A stretch of 63,162 nt of DNA, filler included, from Reticulomyxa filosa (lineage: Eukaryota; Protista; Foraminifera): NCBI GenBank assembly GCA_000512085.1. It is 20 parts of 20 records of this genome, joined end to end, with 100 filler letters (N's around TTAATTAATTAA, not from the genome) between each part and the next. Parts side by side here need not be neighbours in the genome. Positions count along the whole stretch, not along the records: positions 1 to 1,209 come from ASPP01047202.1; positions 1,310 to 3,718 come from ASPP01027764.1; positions 3,819 to 6,510 come from ASPP01013254.1; positions 6,611 to 7,899 come from ASPP01023141.1; positions 8,000 to 9,556 come from ASPP01012897.1; positions 9,657 to 10,933 come from ASPP01041727.1; positions 11,034 to 14,021 come from ASPP01025841.1; 13 more parts are not named here. One strand, written 5' to 3'. The notes beneath the pieces are model-generated. The model was not told the DNA's origin and did not search any database. It saw nothing but the letters and a program-made list of their open reading frames with translations. A program made the position numbers and the translations under genes. This document shows, one piece after another, positions 1 to 12,332 of the stretch; within the stretch, counting starts at the first letter, position 1, and the number at the start of each line of letters is the position of its first letter.

Positions 1-153
1 AAAAATGAATTGTATATGATTGAAGGAGATAAGAAAGAAGATAAGGAAATAATTTGTCTTAAATTTATTGAATTGAAAAAGAAAGAGAAGACAAAGAATG
101 ATTTGAATTTGTGTTATGGTTCACGCAAAGGTCTAATTCGTATTTGGGGATAA
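1..153 (+). CDS. 3' end of a WD40-repeat protein (partial)
   Basis: Frame +1 reads KNELYMIEGDKKEDKEIICLKFIELKKKEKTKNDLNLCYGSRKGLIRIWG*, a terminal WD-like blade (LCYGSxxGxIRIW). The same tail occurs at 9657. Confidence 0.7.
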   Translation, partial: KNELYMIEGDKKEDKEIICLKFIELKKKEKTKNDLNLCYGSRKGLIRIWG

Positions 154-1209
154 TTTACTGTTTTGTCGAATAAGAAATGAAAGTGTTTTTTTTTTTAAAC
201 GTTTGATTAAAGAAAAGTAAGGTGAATCAAACTTGTTTGATTTGATTAAGTGCAAGCATTGAAGGACTTGTTTTATTTTACTTTGTTGTTTAAAAACATT
301 GAAAAAGTTGCATTAAATGTTTTTTAAAGAGCATAATAAATAAGACTTGTATCAAATATCAAAATAAGTTGCAAAATATTTAAGTATTGCATTTTCTTCA
401 CTACTAATTTTTTAAATTGTTTTTTTAATGCTATTTACTATTGTTTTTTGTATAGTATTGACACTCAAAATAGGATAAAATAAAGGACAACAGTGTAAAT
501 TATCAAAACAACATCTTTTCCTGAAGCAGGATATGAATGATCAATAATTCAAAAGAATGCAATCAGATAAAAGGATTCTTTATCAATTTTTTTTGAAAAG
601 ACATTGACAAAAGTTTGTTTTAATTTCCATTTCATTTTGGTTTTTTATTAAGTATTTACATTTTTTCAAAAATTTTGATCTTTCATTTGATTTAGTAAAA
701 TTTCTTAAAAAAAGTTGACAATCGTGTTTTTCTCGTAGTCATGAAACTTGACAATCTTTTTTTAAACAATTTTTGATATTGATTTTTGTCATTTTGATTA
801 TTTTGTTGCCGAAATATTGATTGATAACTATTAGATGAAAATTCCATAACAAGAATAGCAAAATTTAGTGCCATTTTTTTCTTGTTGTTTTGTTTTCATT
901 TAAACAAGCAAACGAACAAACATATTCAATAATCCTCGGGAAAATAGGCAAAAAATTACAACGGGCTCAGATTGAAATATGTGTTTGACGTGCTTATCAT
1001 TGACAACATCTTGATGGTTGTTGTCAGTCATTCTAAAATCTGACTCATCACATTTCAAATCGTCTTTTTTTTTTTGTCTCGCACTATCATTAGATTTGAG
1101 TGTCTCATTCAATTCCTTTAGAAGACTTTCCATGGCCAAAGAAGAGAGTGTTACTTCATAAAGATTTTTTTTTGAAAAAGGACTTGCTAGAACACTTTTT
1201 GTTCTTGGT

Positions 1210-1309
1210 NNNNNNNNNNNNNNNNNNNNNNNNNNNNNNNNNNNNNNNNNNNNTTAATTAATTAANNNNNNNNNNNNNNNNNNNNNNNNNNNNNNNNNNN
1301 NNNNNNNNN
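1210..1309. other. Artificial contig-joining linker (44N + TTAATTAATTAA + 44N); first of 19 copies
   Basis: Identical 100-bp linkers at 1210, 3719, 6511, 7900, 9557, 10934, 14022, 24802, 28105, 29564, 36344, 37701, 42212, 46230, 56269, 58220, 59320, 60472 and 62001. TTAATTAATTAA puts stops in all six frames, so neighbourhood across linkers carries no information. Confidence 0.98.
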
Positions 1310-1511
1310 ACTTTGGATCTTGCCATTCTCTGATGAAGGAAGAAATGAATAGATGAATAGAAGATTTAAAAGATTTAAAAGATTTCAGTTTTTTTTTCAA
1401 CTTTTTTTTTACCCCTTTTTTTGTTTAAGTTTGGACGTCGACAAAACGTTTCTTCATTTAATAAAAAAAATGAAAATTTGGGTAATCGGAAAATTATTTT
1501 CTTTGAGGCAT

Positions 1512-3191
1512 TCATACAGTTGCAAAATCCAAAGATAGAAAAGAGTCTGTCAGAACAGAAGTCGAAGACTCAAATATGACACAGAGGTCATCCAAGAAGA
1601 CTTTAAAGTCATCAAAAAAAAAGGTGGAGTATGTAAAATTACAAGTATCAATTCGACAGAAAGTACTATTAATTTCAGTCTGGAGGTACCAAAGATAATC
1701 TTGCACACATATTTTAATGTTGTAAATTGACAAAAAAAAGAAAAAACATTTTTTTGCTGTTGGGTAAAATACTTTTACAGAACTATCCACAAGTAAGCTT
1801 GTCGCTGCAAGACAAGCGATGGAAACATTTGCCATTGAAACAAGATGACGAAATTAAGTGTACGTACATGTTAAACGACGAAGCAAAGTATTGGAATAAA
1901 AGGTTTTTGTTCAAACAGTATCAACGTGACCGACTCCAATGCATCATCTTCTTTGTGGTTTCCCTTTTACAGCGAGATAGACGATTGAGTGATGGCATTG
2001 CCCAAAGAAAAGAATCTGGGACTGTGTATGGGTGCAGTGTTAGTAGTTGAATGATCGTTGTAATCCAAAGTATCGGAACACGAGCGAATGTTAAGAACAT
2101 AGGATTGCATCCATGTCACAAAAGCGACTAGTGAAAGTGATGAACTGGTAATGCCTACAATGTCGGGCTCAAAGTATTGGTAGGCATAATAATATTCACT
2201 GGAAGAATTTCGCTTGCCTCGCAATGCCTGCCTTTCAATGGTTAGCACATGTTCTATTTCTAATTCAAACGGTGAACATGTGTTGTACTGTTATTGATGG
2301 CACTGTTGCCTTTCCACATGCTCATAAGCCTCGCAGTCACAGACTCCAAGCGCATCAATTGACTGTTTCAACAATACAACAACTTTACATACATAAGCCA
2401 ACAAGAACTGATTCAAGTTCTTTTTTTTTTATATCAAAAATAGTACCTTCCGACTTGGTTCTTGTTTTTTTTTCATTCCAACATCGATCTTTCTCATCTT
2501 GTAACAATTGAGCTATATTTTCAAAAGATATTTTCGTATGATCATTTTTTTGTAAAGAAACAAAAAAAAAAATCACCAGATCTGGAAAATATTATTCATC
2601 TTCAAAGTAAAAGTCTTGTTGAACCTGCTAACCCTAAACAATGGCAGAGCTCGTGTCTCTGTATAATGTTCTCAATCTTGGTGCTCATGATGATAGTGCT
2701 TGTGAACGTCCATATGTATATAAGGCCTTCAGGAGTTGAAGAACAAGTATGGTTATCGAATCAAATCACAAAATCGATTGCGATTGTTTATAGCTGCTGA
2801 AGCTTTGCTGTTTTTGGCTTTGAAGAAGTGGACTCAAAATGGAAAGTTACAAGGAAAAGCAAACACAACACCAAAAAAGCGAACCAAGCACGAGTGCAGA
2901 GCAAAATTTACGAATAAGAGAGTGTCTGTAAGATCGACAATTTTTGTTGAAGAAAGCAATTTCAACAATGTTTGGTTGGTCAAGCATGAACATAATCAAT
3001 AAATGCATTGCAGTCTTTCTCACAAAAAATGATAAAAAGAAAAATTTTATAAGACAGCCAAAACTTTTCATCAAAATGTCATCAATACATTGGATCAATG
3101 CCAAATGATCAAACGTTGCTTTGTTACCTCTACAAAGCGTGTACAGCAACAAAATAGTGAGTAGTAACAAAAATTTTACAAGCAAAGGCAT
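1512..3191 (-). pseudogene. Degraded gene relic, possibly a membrane protein
   Basis: Several short hydrophobic ORF fragments on the minus strand in shifting frames (2847-3191, 1967-2248, 1512-1835); no family recognised. Confidence 0.2.
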
Positions 3192-4423
3192 GGCAGACTT
3201 TATTAAGAAAAGGATATTTTATACACGAGAATTGATTCAGGTATAATTGTTTATTTTCTCAGTGAATTTGAAAAAAAAATTCATTAATTCACAACTTTCA
3301 TTTGTTCTATGTGACCAAGCACCAATCAACATTTAATAATAAAACAAGTTTATAAAAATGTTACTACTTGAATGATGCCATCGTTCTTGAAATAATTTTG
3401 CAACGGCTCCAACGCTTTAAAGGCTTTGTAAAAGCGTGTTAATTCTGGAAATTTTTCATACACAATTTCGAAGTTTGCTTAATGAATTCAAACAATAAGA
3501 AATCTGCATAGCGTAAATTTTTCTGCCCAACCTTTTATAAATCAAAACAAATATACGAAATTTTTTTGAAAGGATTTTCACTCAAGTTTTTTTTAATAAT
3601 AATAATAAAAAAATACCGTTTTCTTGGGATATGATCATCCTTTAACCATTTTTCCAAGGGACAAACCAAATCTGGTTACAAGTTTATGTAGTTTATGTTA
3701 TTTGTCAAATTAGTGTGCNNNNNNNNNNNNNNNNNNNNNNNNNNNNNNNNNNNNNNNNNNNNTTAATTAATTAANNNNNNNNNNNNNNNNNNNNNNNNNN
3801 NNNNNNNNNNNNNNNNNNTTTCACTTACTGCCATTGTGCCAGTGCTGCTACTTCTGCTTTTTTTTTTTTGTTGTTGTTTTTTTGTTTTTTTTTTTTTTTT
3901 TTACTTGGAAAAACGTTTTTCTCTTTTCTCAAAAGAAAAGGAAAGGAACAAGGCTTTGAACCGATATAAATTTAAAATACCTGACAAAAAAATACTCAAA
4001 AACTACAAACACGAATGATTTGGAAACGAAGTTGTTCCACAGACAACAGAATTCAGATGCGCGAAAACTAGTTGAATACAGACCCTTTTAAGAATTTTTA
4101 ACATTATTTAAGCTTAAGTTCATTGGCTTGTTGATGAGGAGAAACAACTTTTCTTTTTTTTTTTTTAAAAAAAAGAAAAAGTAACGCTATGCAGAAGCAA
4201 CATTCTTTCTAGTATGATTTACTTCAAGCAAATTTTTTTTTCACTTTTGAATCTTCACGCAAAAAAAAAAAAAAAAACTTCAAAGAAGAGGACAAGGACA
4301 TAAAAAAATAAAAAAAACTAAAAAACGAATTTGGTGACATTAATAAACAAGCAAGCAAAAAAGAAGATTTTTTAGAGGTTCAACGACGTTCGCAGAGAAA
4401 AGGGTAAAAAGTTGTGATTTCGA

Positions 4424-6277
4424 ATGAAATTAACGACGCTTGCCGAGCATGCGCAACGCAAAACATGCGCATTGTTCGCCGTTTGGTTCTTCTTGGGTTG
4501 CTTTTTTTTTGTGTTGGGTTGGGTATTGAGCGACAGTATGTTGCAAACCAAGTTGTTGATATCGGAAACGGTCCATCCTCAATCCCCAGGTGGTTTTCCG
4601 TTGGATAAAGAAGGTGATCACAGACACGGGCAAGAGCAAACACAAGAGTACATGTACAAGGAAAGTGGCAGGTCTGACAAAGACAAACAAGCGCGAAAAA
4701 AGGAGCAGAAAAAAGAGAGCCAAGGATATGCCTCCAAAGATTGGTTAAAATTGGAGCCAGAGCGCAAGCAACAAATGGGACAAGTGAGCGAGAACTGTCC
4801 AAGTTGGGAAGATATCTGTGTATATAACGGACATTTTTACGTACACAACGAGTCGGAAGCGTTTGAATTGCGAATGCATTACTGGGGAATGTTGGGACAA
4901 TTAGTGGAGCTTGGATCGATCGTGGAAAAAACAAACAACATATATCAAGAGTTTTTTAAAGCACAGTCATGGAGTCGAACGTATACGTCGGACGAATACA
5001 AAGAAGCCAAGTGTACGTACCATCCAATTGTAAACCACATGATTTTGGAGGCCAAGTATATGACGATGTTGGGCGAGTTTTTCATCCGCGTAATGCGATT
5101 CTTGCACTACCATTTCGAATTCAACTCGACGTCCATTTTCTTTGACAAGGACATCCAACTCTGGATTGTCATGCAAGATCAGAGTCCGTTGTATACGTTC
5201 CACCATCTGTTTTTGGAAAAGTTTACGCATTGGCATGTTCAACATATCACCGATATGTTGAACCCTATTGGATGCAGGTGTTTTCGTCGCTTGTTTTTTT
5301 GCGGCTTTGGACGCGACATGTCACACTTTGTAGAAAATTCCACAAGACATCCCCTGCGACCCAAAGACTTGCCCACGTTTGGACCCTTGGGACTCTATCC
5401 TGCTATCATCGCCTCTTTGAATCGTTATGTCGACTCTGTCGACATTCACTTGCAACGTGATACCTTGCTCTTTAAACAGAGTCGATTGACACATATTTTG
5501 ACGTCGATGAATCCTCTATCTTTTTCTTCTTCTTCTTCTTCTTCTTCTTTGGTGCCATTGGCTCAGATCTCCAAATGGAAATTCATCGGCTTTTATCAAC
5601 GCATTGTGAGGAGGCGATGGGTCAATTTGGACGACATTCTTCGCGAATGCAATGCCAAGTATAATCCTTACTTCATTGCTTGTGACTCCATTTTGTTGGA
5701 GGGATTTCTTCATTCCAGAGATGTTGTCATCAAACACCGTATTTTCGACCTTGTTTTTGGCATTCACGGTATGTATACGTATACGTATACATATATATAT
5801 ATATACAAATATATGTATGTATACGTATGTACCATGTTTGCAATAGGTGCACATTTGCAAGATGCAATATGGATGAAACAAAATGGCTCATTTATTGTGG
5901 AGTTGATGCCGGCCATGGCGGAGCCATGGGCAAGTAGTTTGAATGAACCCACTTTGGTTGGGTACACCTTTTGGAATACACAGTTCAACTATTTCGGATT
6001 AAAATTGCCAAATGACAGTGTTGTGTGGCTGAAAGATATCCCACATGAAGACCAAGAGTGGTCCAATAGGAATTTCCAAGTCCAATGGGATATGTTGGTC
6101 AATATTATCAATTTTTTGATCATCGATGGAGGAGGGTATTGCAATACCTTCAAAACTGGAAAAAATGTTGTTGTCCCAGCACATATTCGAAATTATGGAT
6201 TTGCCGTCTTCAATGCCTTTTGTCCTGGCGATACTAAATCGTATCATTATACAAAGCCAAAGGGAGATTATTTATAA
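4424..6277 (+). CDS. Glycosyltransferase family 61 (DUF563/EOGT/xylosyltransferase-like), type II membrane protein; one intron at 5769-5846
   Basis: N-terminal TM anchor (ALFAVWFFLGCFFFVLGWVL) followed by a stem. Contains RRRWVNLDDIL, and removing a 78-nt GTATGT..AATAG intron restores DLVFGIHG|AHLQDAIWM..FIVELMP, matching the GT61 GxHGAxLxxxxFM..VIEL motif. Confidence 0.8.
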   Translation: MKLTTLAEHAQRKTCALFAVWFFLGCFFFVLGWVLSDSMLQTKLLISETVHPQSPGGFPLDKEGDHRHGQEQTQEYMYKESGRSDKDKQARKKEQKKESQGYASKDWLKLEPERKQQMGQVSENCPSWEDICVYNGHFYVHNESEAFELRMHYWGMLGQLVELGSIVEKTNNIYQEFFKAQSWSRTYTSDEYKEAKCTYHPIVNHMILEAKYMTMLGEFFIRVMRFLHYHFEFNSTSIFFDKDIQLWIVMQDQSPLYTFHHLFLEKFTHWHVQHITDMLNPIGCRCFRRLFFCGFGRDMSHFVENSTRHPLRPKDLPTFGPLGLYPAIIASLNRYVDSVDIHLQRDTLLFKQSRLTHILTSMNPLSFSSSSSSSSLVPLAQISKWKFIGFYQRIVRRRWVNLDDILRECNAKYNPYFIACDSILLEGFLHSRDVVIKHRIFDLVFGIHGMYTYTYTYIYIYKYMYVYVCTMFAIGAHLQDAIWMKQNGSFIVELMPAMAEPWASSLNEPTLVGYTFWNTQFNYFGLKLPNDSVVWLKDIPHEDQEWSNRNFQVQWDMLVNIINFLIIDGGGYCNTFKTGKNVVVPAHIRNYGFAVFNAFCPGDTKSYHYTKPKGDYL

Positions 6278-6689
6278 TCTTTTCAAAAAAAAAAATATAT
6301 ATTTCTACAATATCTTATCAATTTCAAAATCGCAACAAATCTTTATCCTCTCCTTGTCATAATTTTGCGTTTTTGATATAAAAAAAAAAAAAAGAGTTGC
6401 AATGTTTTTTATTGAAATAATCATAATCATTTATTAACATGCAAAAAAAAAAAATTCCCCAAAATGAACTGACACAAAAAAATTACAATAAAATTTATGA
6501 AAAAAAAACTNNNNNNNNNNNNNNNNNNNNNNNNNNNNNNNNNNNNNNNNNNNNTTAATTAATTAANNNNNNNNNNNNNNNNNNNNNNNNNNNNNNNNNN
6601 NNNNNNNNNNCTAATATCTGGTTTCCACACTCGATCCCCAATAATGAATTGTTTCATCGACAGGGACAATACATTGATATCTGGAAGCA

Positions 6690-7899
6690 ATGTCTGTGAA
6701 AAGCATTATGAAATGAAATTAAATGCAGTGTTGCAATATCTAAACCATTGAAATTTGATGATAATTATGTTTGTTCATTTGATACATTTGTCCCCGTACA
6801 GGCTCAGTCAAGGTCCTGATATCATTCATAATCAAATGCTAAAGAATGGTGGCAATGCAATGATTGATTCACTGTTATTCCTATTTGGATGGAGTTTCCG
6901 AATGACTGAGACCATCCACAAGTCATTCGATTGCAATTCAGTGACTTATTGGATATCTCTGCGCATATGATAGTATTTGGAGAAATGGATTGAGATATAA
7001 AATGGGAAATGAATTTAAATTAGATCGATAGCCTCTTATCGGATCGACTTGGTATTGAATAGAATTCAATACTGGAGTCGCTCAAGGATCTGATTTATCC
7101 CCTGTATTATTTCTATTATTATTAATGATTTGCCAACATTTATCCAACAACCTATTCAATGTCAATGCATTGAACAATAAAATATGCATTATTCCAGCAT
7201 TGTGAACAAGGAGACAAGTTTAGTTGCAAGATCAGATATTGATAAAGCATATCTGTTGGCAAAGACATTTGCAGAACCTCCTCAGCCGCCAAAAGATGTT
7301 GATGAAAAACATTATGAAATGATTGAAGATGATACCAGATTTAAAGTGGCGATATCTAAACCATTGGAATTGAATAATGATTTTATTGTGAGTGATATCC
7401 ATCAGAGTAATATCACAAAAGAAGAAGGTCCTGATAACATCCACAATCAAATGTTAAAGAATGGTAGCAATGCAATGATTGAATCATTGCCTATTGCATG
7501 AAAAAAGGCAAACATTGTGCATATTCCTAAGCTAACAGAAATCATAGTTAGTGCAAGAATTGCATTGTTATCAAGTGTTGGTAAATTGATTGAAAGAATT
7601 ATCACAAGGAGATTAATGTGGTGGTTGAATGACAAACAATTATTGCATCAGACACAAGCAGGATTCCAATCATGGCATAACACAGATTAGCTGTTATTGA
7701 GATTGACTATAAAATGATTGATCAATTGCGATCATTGCAGCAAAGTCTGAATGAAGTATCCATTTGGTCGAATAAATGGAAGGTGTTACTTGCAGCTGAT
7801 AAGACGCATTGCATCACATTCAGACATCAAAACAAGATGAAATTTCCAAAGATGCAATTGACATTGCATCACTCAAACCTGAAGGAATGCGATCATGTT
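6690..7899 (+). mobile_element. Degenerate non-LTR (LINE, APE-type) retrotransposon reverse transcriptase; two internally deleted copies
   Basis: QGPDIIHNQMLK and EGPDNIHNQMLK; KKANIVHIPK..IALLSSVGKLIERII..LHQTQAGFQ; GVAQGSDLSPVLFLLFINDL; LQQSLNEVSIWSNKWKVLLAADKT. Stops and frameshifts throughout; no YADD motif seen. Confidence 0.9.
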
Positions 7900-8029
7900 N
7901 NNNNNNNNNNNNNNNNNNNNNNNNNNNNNNNNNNNNNNNNNNNTTAATTAATTAANNNNNNNNNNNNNNNNNNNNNNNNNNNNNNNNNNNNNNNNNNNNT
8001 ATATATATATATATATATATGTGTATAAT

Positions 8030-8468
8030 ATAAACAAAACTGAAAGTAATTGACATTATCTCGCGTATTCAAATAATTGGAATTTGTGTCAGAATGTGGT
8101 GCTACTTTTTGATTGGTTCTCTGATTGTTATAATTTGCTTCTCTGCTGTCGTTGTGATATGGATTTGAATGATGACGTCGCCTCTCTGTTTGATTCCTTG
8201 TCACTGACAAATGCTCTCTCGTTGCGTGCCTGTTGCGTTTGAAAGGCTTATCTGGCTTGCGATCTCGAGAACGAGATCTTGAACGAACCCTACTTGTTCT
8301 CATCGCCCTTTCCGACGGCGTCACTTTAGTCCTTGCCGGTTGATATGTATCTGCTCCTGCTTCACTTATACGCTCTGCATTATTATTATTATGTTTATTC
8401 GGCTTTTTTTCATGTTTCTGCTTGTATGCAGTCCATAGCGGTCGGAGATTAAATCCTGAACTCGTCAT
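8030..8468 (-). CDS. First exon of an Arg/Ser-rich protein of unknown function (partial)
   Basis: ATG-initiated ORF containing RSRSRSRDR, running into a (TA)n intron-like tract at the contig end; divergent from the gene at 8783. Confidence 0.5.
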
Positions 8469-8782
8469 ATTTTTGTAAAAAATAAAAATTCTTTTTCTGT
8501 TTTTAACGATTGCTTTACCTTACGGTCATTTTATTCATACTTTCGCAATTGCTTAAAAAATTCTGCTATTAACAAATTATGTGTACAGTGTATTTTCAAA
8601 ATTAAAGTGCTATTAAGTCCTTTTTTATTCTGCAATCTACACATAAAAAAAACACGAATTTCTTAGTATATCTCGTTCACAGCTTCTTCAAAAAAAAACG
8701 CTATTTAAAATTTTATTTGTAAGTGTTAGTTTCTGTTGAACGTTCAAGTTCGTTGTTTTGGAGGGAAAAAGTTGATTTGTAT

Positions 8783-9556
8783 ATGATCAATCCGGCACGA
8801 AAAATGCCCGCCATAAGTGTAGAAGAGCAACAGTCAATGGATAAAGTGAAGAATGAGCGCACTAAGCTTCAGAATTTGGCGACGCGCTTGAAGAGCATAG
8901 ATAAGGGTAATGTCGGTTTGTCTAGTGTGAACGAAGCGAACTAACTTTGGACACAACCCCTTTTTTTTTTTTTTTTTAAAAAAAAGATATCGAACAGAAC
9001 GATAAAATTCTGCGAGAGACAATAAGGTTGCGAATAAACCAGTTGCGCAATGATTTGGACGATAGAGAACAAAAGTTATATAAAGAGTGCGATACGATAA
9101 AAAGCAAGCATTTCAAAGAGATAACAAACAAACAAAAAGAAATTGCGGAATACATGCAAATAATTGAGCAAGCAGTAAAGTTACAAGATGACATAGTGGA
9201 AGACGAACCATTGTCAACGCGAGAAGGTGGTCGCGGCACGGTGGTAAGTGGACTGAGCAGCCTCAACTTTGGCGGGGACAGTCCCATCACGTCGCAGCAC
9301 TCGAAAAACCCCGTGGAAAATCGCAAGCACCTGATACTGTCCATTGAAGAGGGGTACTTGAACGAAAACTTTAGTTTCAACGTGCCAATTAAGCCACGCG
9401 AACTGACGTGTTCGACCTTGGAAGACATCCGGTCTGCCATCCAGAACTTTGGCGAATTAAACGTGTCGCAGAAAGACTTTGACGCCATTCACCGTATGGC
9501 CAACATGCCAGGCGGCGTCCAAAGCAGAAAAGTGTCCATTCTTAATGTCAACAGAA
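8783..9556 (+). CDS. Coiled-coil protein (B-box C-terminal/TRIM-like coil), partial; intron at 8907-8986
   Basis: A GTAATG..(T17)(A8)G intron containing CTAAC joins LKSIDK to DIEQNDKILRETIRLRINQLRNDLDDREQKL, giving a continuous heptad pattern. Confidence 0.6.
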
Positions 9557-9656
9557 NNNNNNNNNNNNNNNNNNNNNNNNNNNNNNNNNNNNNNNNNNNN
9601 TTAATTAATTAANNNNNNNNNNNNNNNNNNNNNNNNNNNNNNNNNNNNNNNNNNNN

Positions 9657-9722
9657 TGTTACGGTTCATTTGGGGGTTTTATTCGTATTTGGGGTAGTGA
9701 AGATACCTTGTTTGCTGATTAA
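9657..9722 (+). CDS. 3' end of a WD40-repeat protein (partial), paralogue of 1-153
   Basis: Reads CYGSFGGFIRIWGSEDTLFAD*. Confidence 0.6.
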   Translation, partial: CYGSFGGFIRIWGSEDTLFAD

Positions 9723-11149
9723 CTTTAAGTAAACTGAGCTTTTTCAGTCTTTTTTTTCAAAAAAAAATTAAAATAAAAGTGATATTGATGCAACTCCAAT
9801 TTAAAAGTAACTTTCAATTGAAGAGGATAACTTATTTTTTTGATGGAATGAAAAGAAGGAAAATTATGATGATCAACATTTTCATTTCACTCTTAATCAC
9901 CGTGTTGACTATTCACTTTCAAAATTGACTTTGATGACAAACTGCATTAAACAAGCTGTTGAGACAAAAATCATACAACTGTGGTTATTGAAATTCAAAT
10001 ACCTCCAAATGGATGTTCAATAATTTACAATTTAAGAAATATGATACAAAGAAGGGATGACTTGACAATGAAATATATTAGCGTCAAAATAAAATCAAAC
10101 CCATTTCTTATCAATTTCTTTGAAATCTTTAATAAGTTTTGAAAATTTGGACTTATAAAATCGATAAAATGGACTCGTTCTGTTGAACTAAGACACAATT
10201 GAAAATATGTTTGGTTAGTGGATGCATCACGACGATAAAATGCTCCTGTTTAAATGGTGTGTATATTTGCTTTTGCGATAAATGCTTGTTCAAATGCTCT
10301 ACCATTCATTAAGTATACAGTATGTTGCAAAAAAAACCGCCATACCTAAATGACACTATATGAAGATGATAATTATAATAATATGATGAAAATTTCACAC
10401 AATTTATATAACCTGAATATTCATTGAATGGTTGAATCTGTTTATTTTTATTTATATTCCATACACGAACTGTATTATCAGATGATCCAGATCAAATGTT
10501 GAATAGTCAATACTATTCACTATGTCGGTATGTCCAGTGAATGTATTTATTAATTTGGATGATGAACGAAATATGTCAAATATAAAGAAGGTAGTTGCCT
10601 GTGTTAACAGAGATGATAATAAATAATAAATATATTTATATATTTTTATTTAAATTAAATGAAAAAAAAATAAAAAAACGTAACATAAATGCAACCAATT
10701 TATCGAAATTATTTATTTATCCATCCTAATTTAATGTGTGATATTCGAATCCAATGCTGGATAATGATCTGAATCTTGTTTTCCTGGCTAATTCAATCAC
10801 AAGCCACATACAATAAAAACTTTTTTGCCTTCATTAATTTGATTTTTTAATTGAATATCTTTTTTGAATTTTTCAAATTCGATGTTTAAATTATTCTAAT
10901 GTATATAATTTATGAGTTGTTTGTGGTGAAATGNNNNNNNNNNNNNNNNNNNNNNNNNNNNNNNNNNNNNNNNNNNNTTAATTAATTAANNNNNNNNNNN
11001 NNNNNNNNNNNNNNNNNNNNNNNNNNNNNNNNNAAAAAAAAAAGGTTGGTGATCACATATACCATACACACATAAAAAAACAACAACAACACATGCCCAC
11101 ACGAAGTAAATACAAAACACACGACATACACATACAACACCCCGTGCAA

Positions 11150-12030
11150 CCTGTTGTTGTGAAGTAGCAGTGTCACCTGCATCGGCACTGTCGGTAGCAT
11201 CTGGTTGACCTTTGATGCTTCCAAATCAGTCACACGCGATACCAGTTCATCCACCAATATTTGAGACACTACTGGTGCGAAATCAGCACTAATTGCCGAC
11301 GACGCCACTCGAGTTGGCACCTTTTATGATCAAAAAATAATTTATTTTTTTTGGATATTATCAGTTGTACACACATAGCATACAAATAATATATATGTAT
11401 AACATATATAATAAATATCATATTTATGATTACATATTCGTGAAAGTAACGTTTTGCAAATGTTGGATAGACTCTTTACAAGCTATATTTTCATGGGCCA
11501 ACTTGATTTGCATATTATTGACGACAACTACCTTTTCTTCAGTATGCATTGAGATTTGCACAAGGATGGGGAGCAAAGGCATCTGTTCGATTACGATCAC
11601 TTTTGGCGATAATACGGTTGAGCTATCCAATTCTTGCTGGACGGCATCGTTGCGCTGTTTGTTTTTGGAAACAATGCGATCCAACTCAGTCGCTGGTTTT
11701 TCATTCTTCGGTACACTGATGGTAGTCTGTAAATCTTCCTTCTGGTCTTTCATTTCGGTCAACATATCCTTTTTCACAAAGGCGACAATGTGCACCATTT
11801 TGAAGATTTAGTCTCTTTGGTCGGAAAAGAAGTTTGGCGATGCCAGCTTCTGTAAATTGAACAAAAAATCATTGTTATGTGATATCACATCATCCAACAA
11901 TTCGTGTCTTGTGTCACTGGATTTCTCAGTGTTGCTTTCGCTTTCGTTCTCGCTTCGTTTCGTCACTTGTTTGTAAAACAGTTCGTTCAAGTCACACGTT
12001 CGGACGTTGAACTCATTTAGTAATTGGCTT
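11150..12030 (-). pseudogene. Unknown gene with an in-frame TAA
   Basis: ORFs 11808-11990 and 11430-11798 share a frame and are separated by a single TAA; a further exon follows an AT-rich intron (about 11320-11450). Confidence 0.35.
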
Positions 12031-12332
12031 ATACTTTCTTCTGATGTCTAAATCAGCAAAGATAAACTTCTTTTTATGGAAAAGAAAACAATGGATACAA
12101 CAAAGATATTACCATGATTATCATTTAATATTTCGTATTTGTTTTGAACTACGAAAAACTACCCCGTCCCAAAAAAACGAAGGAATTTGTAATCTTTCAA
12201 CATACTTAAAAATCTAATCCAAAATTTTTGAAATAGCCAAAGCCACGTAATTTTCATTTGATGTACACCTACAGTCGAATAACACGCAAGTTTTCGAGGG
12301 GTCTATTCTGTCAAAAAAAAGACGTCATACAA

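Noticed and set aside
1254-1265. TTAATTAATTAA repeated 19 times, resembling a conserved element or CRISPR repeat
   Set aside because: Always centred in 44N+44N: a synthetic six-frame-stop linker. ORFs ending in X..LIN or X..N are artefacts of it.
11799-11810. In-frame TAA as evidence of stop-codon reassignment
   Set aside because: Conserved genes here (SF3A3, GT61, SPX-EXS) end normally at TAA and have no internal TAA; a nonsense mutation or sequencing error is simpler.
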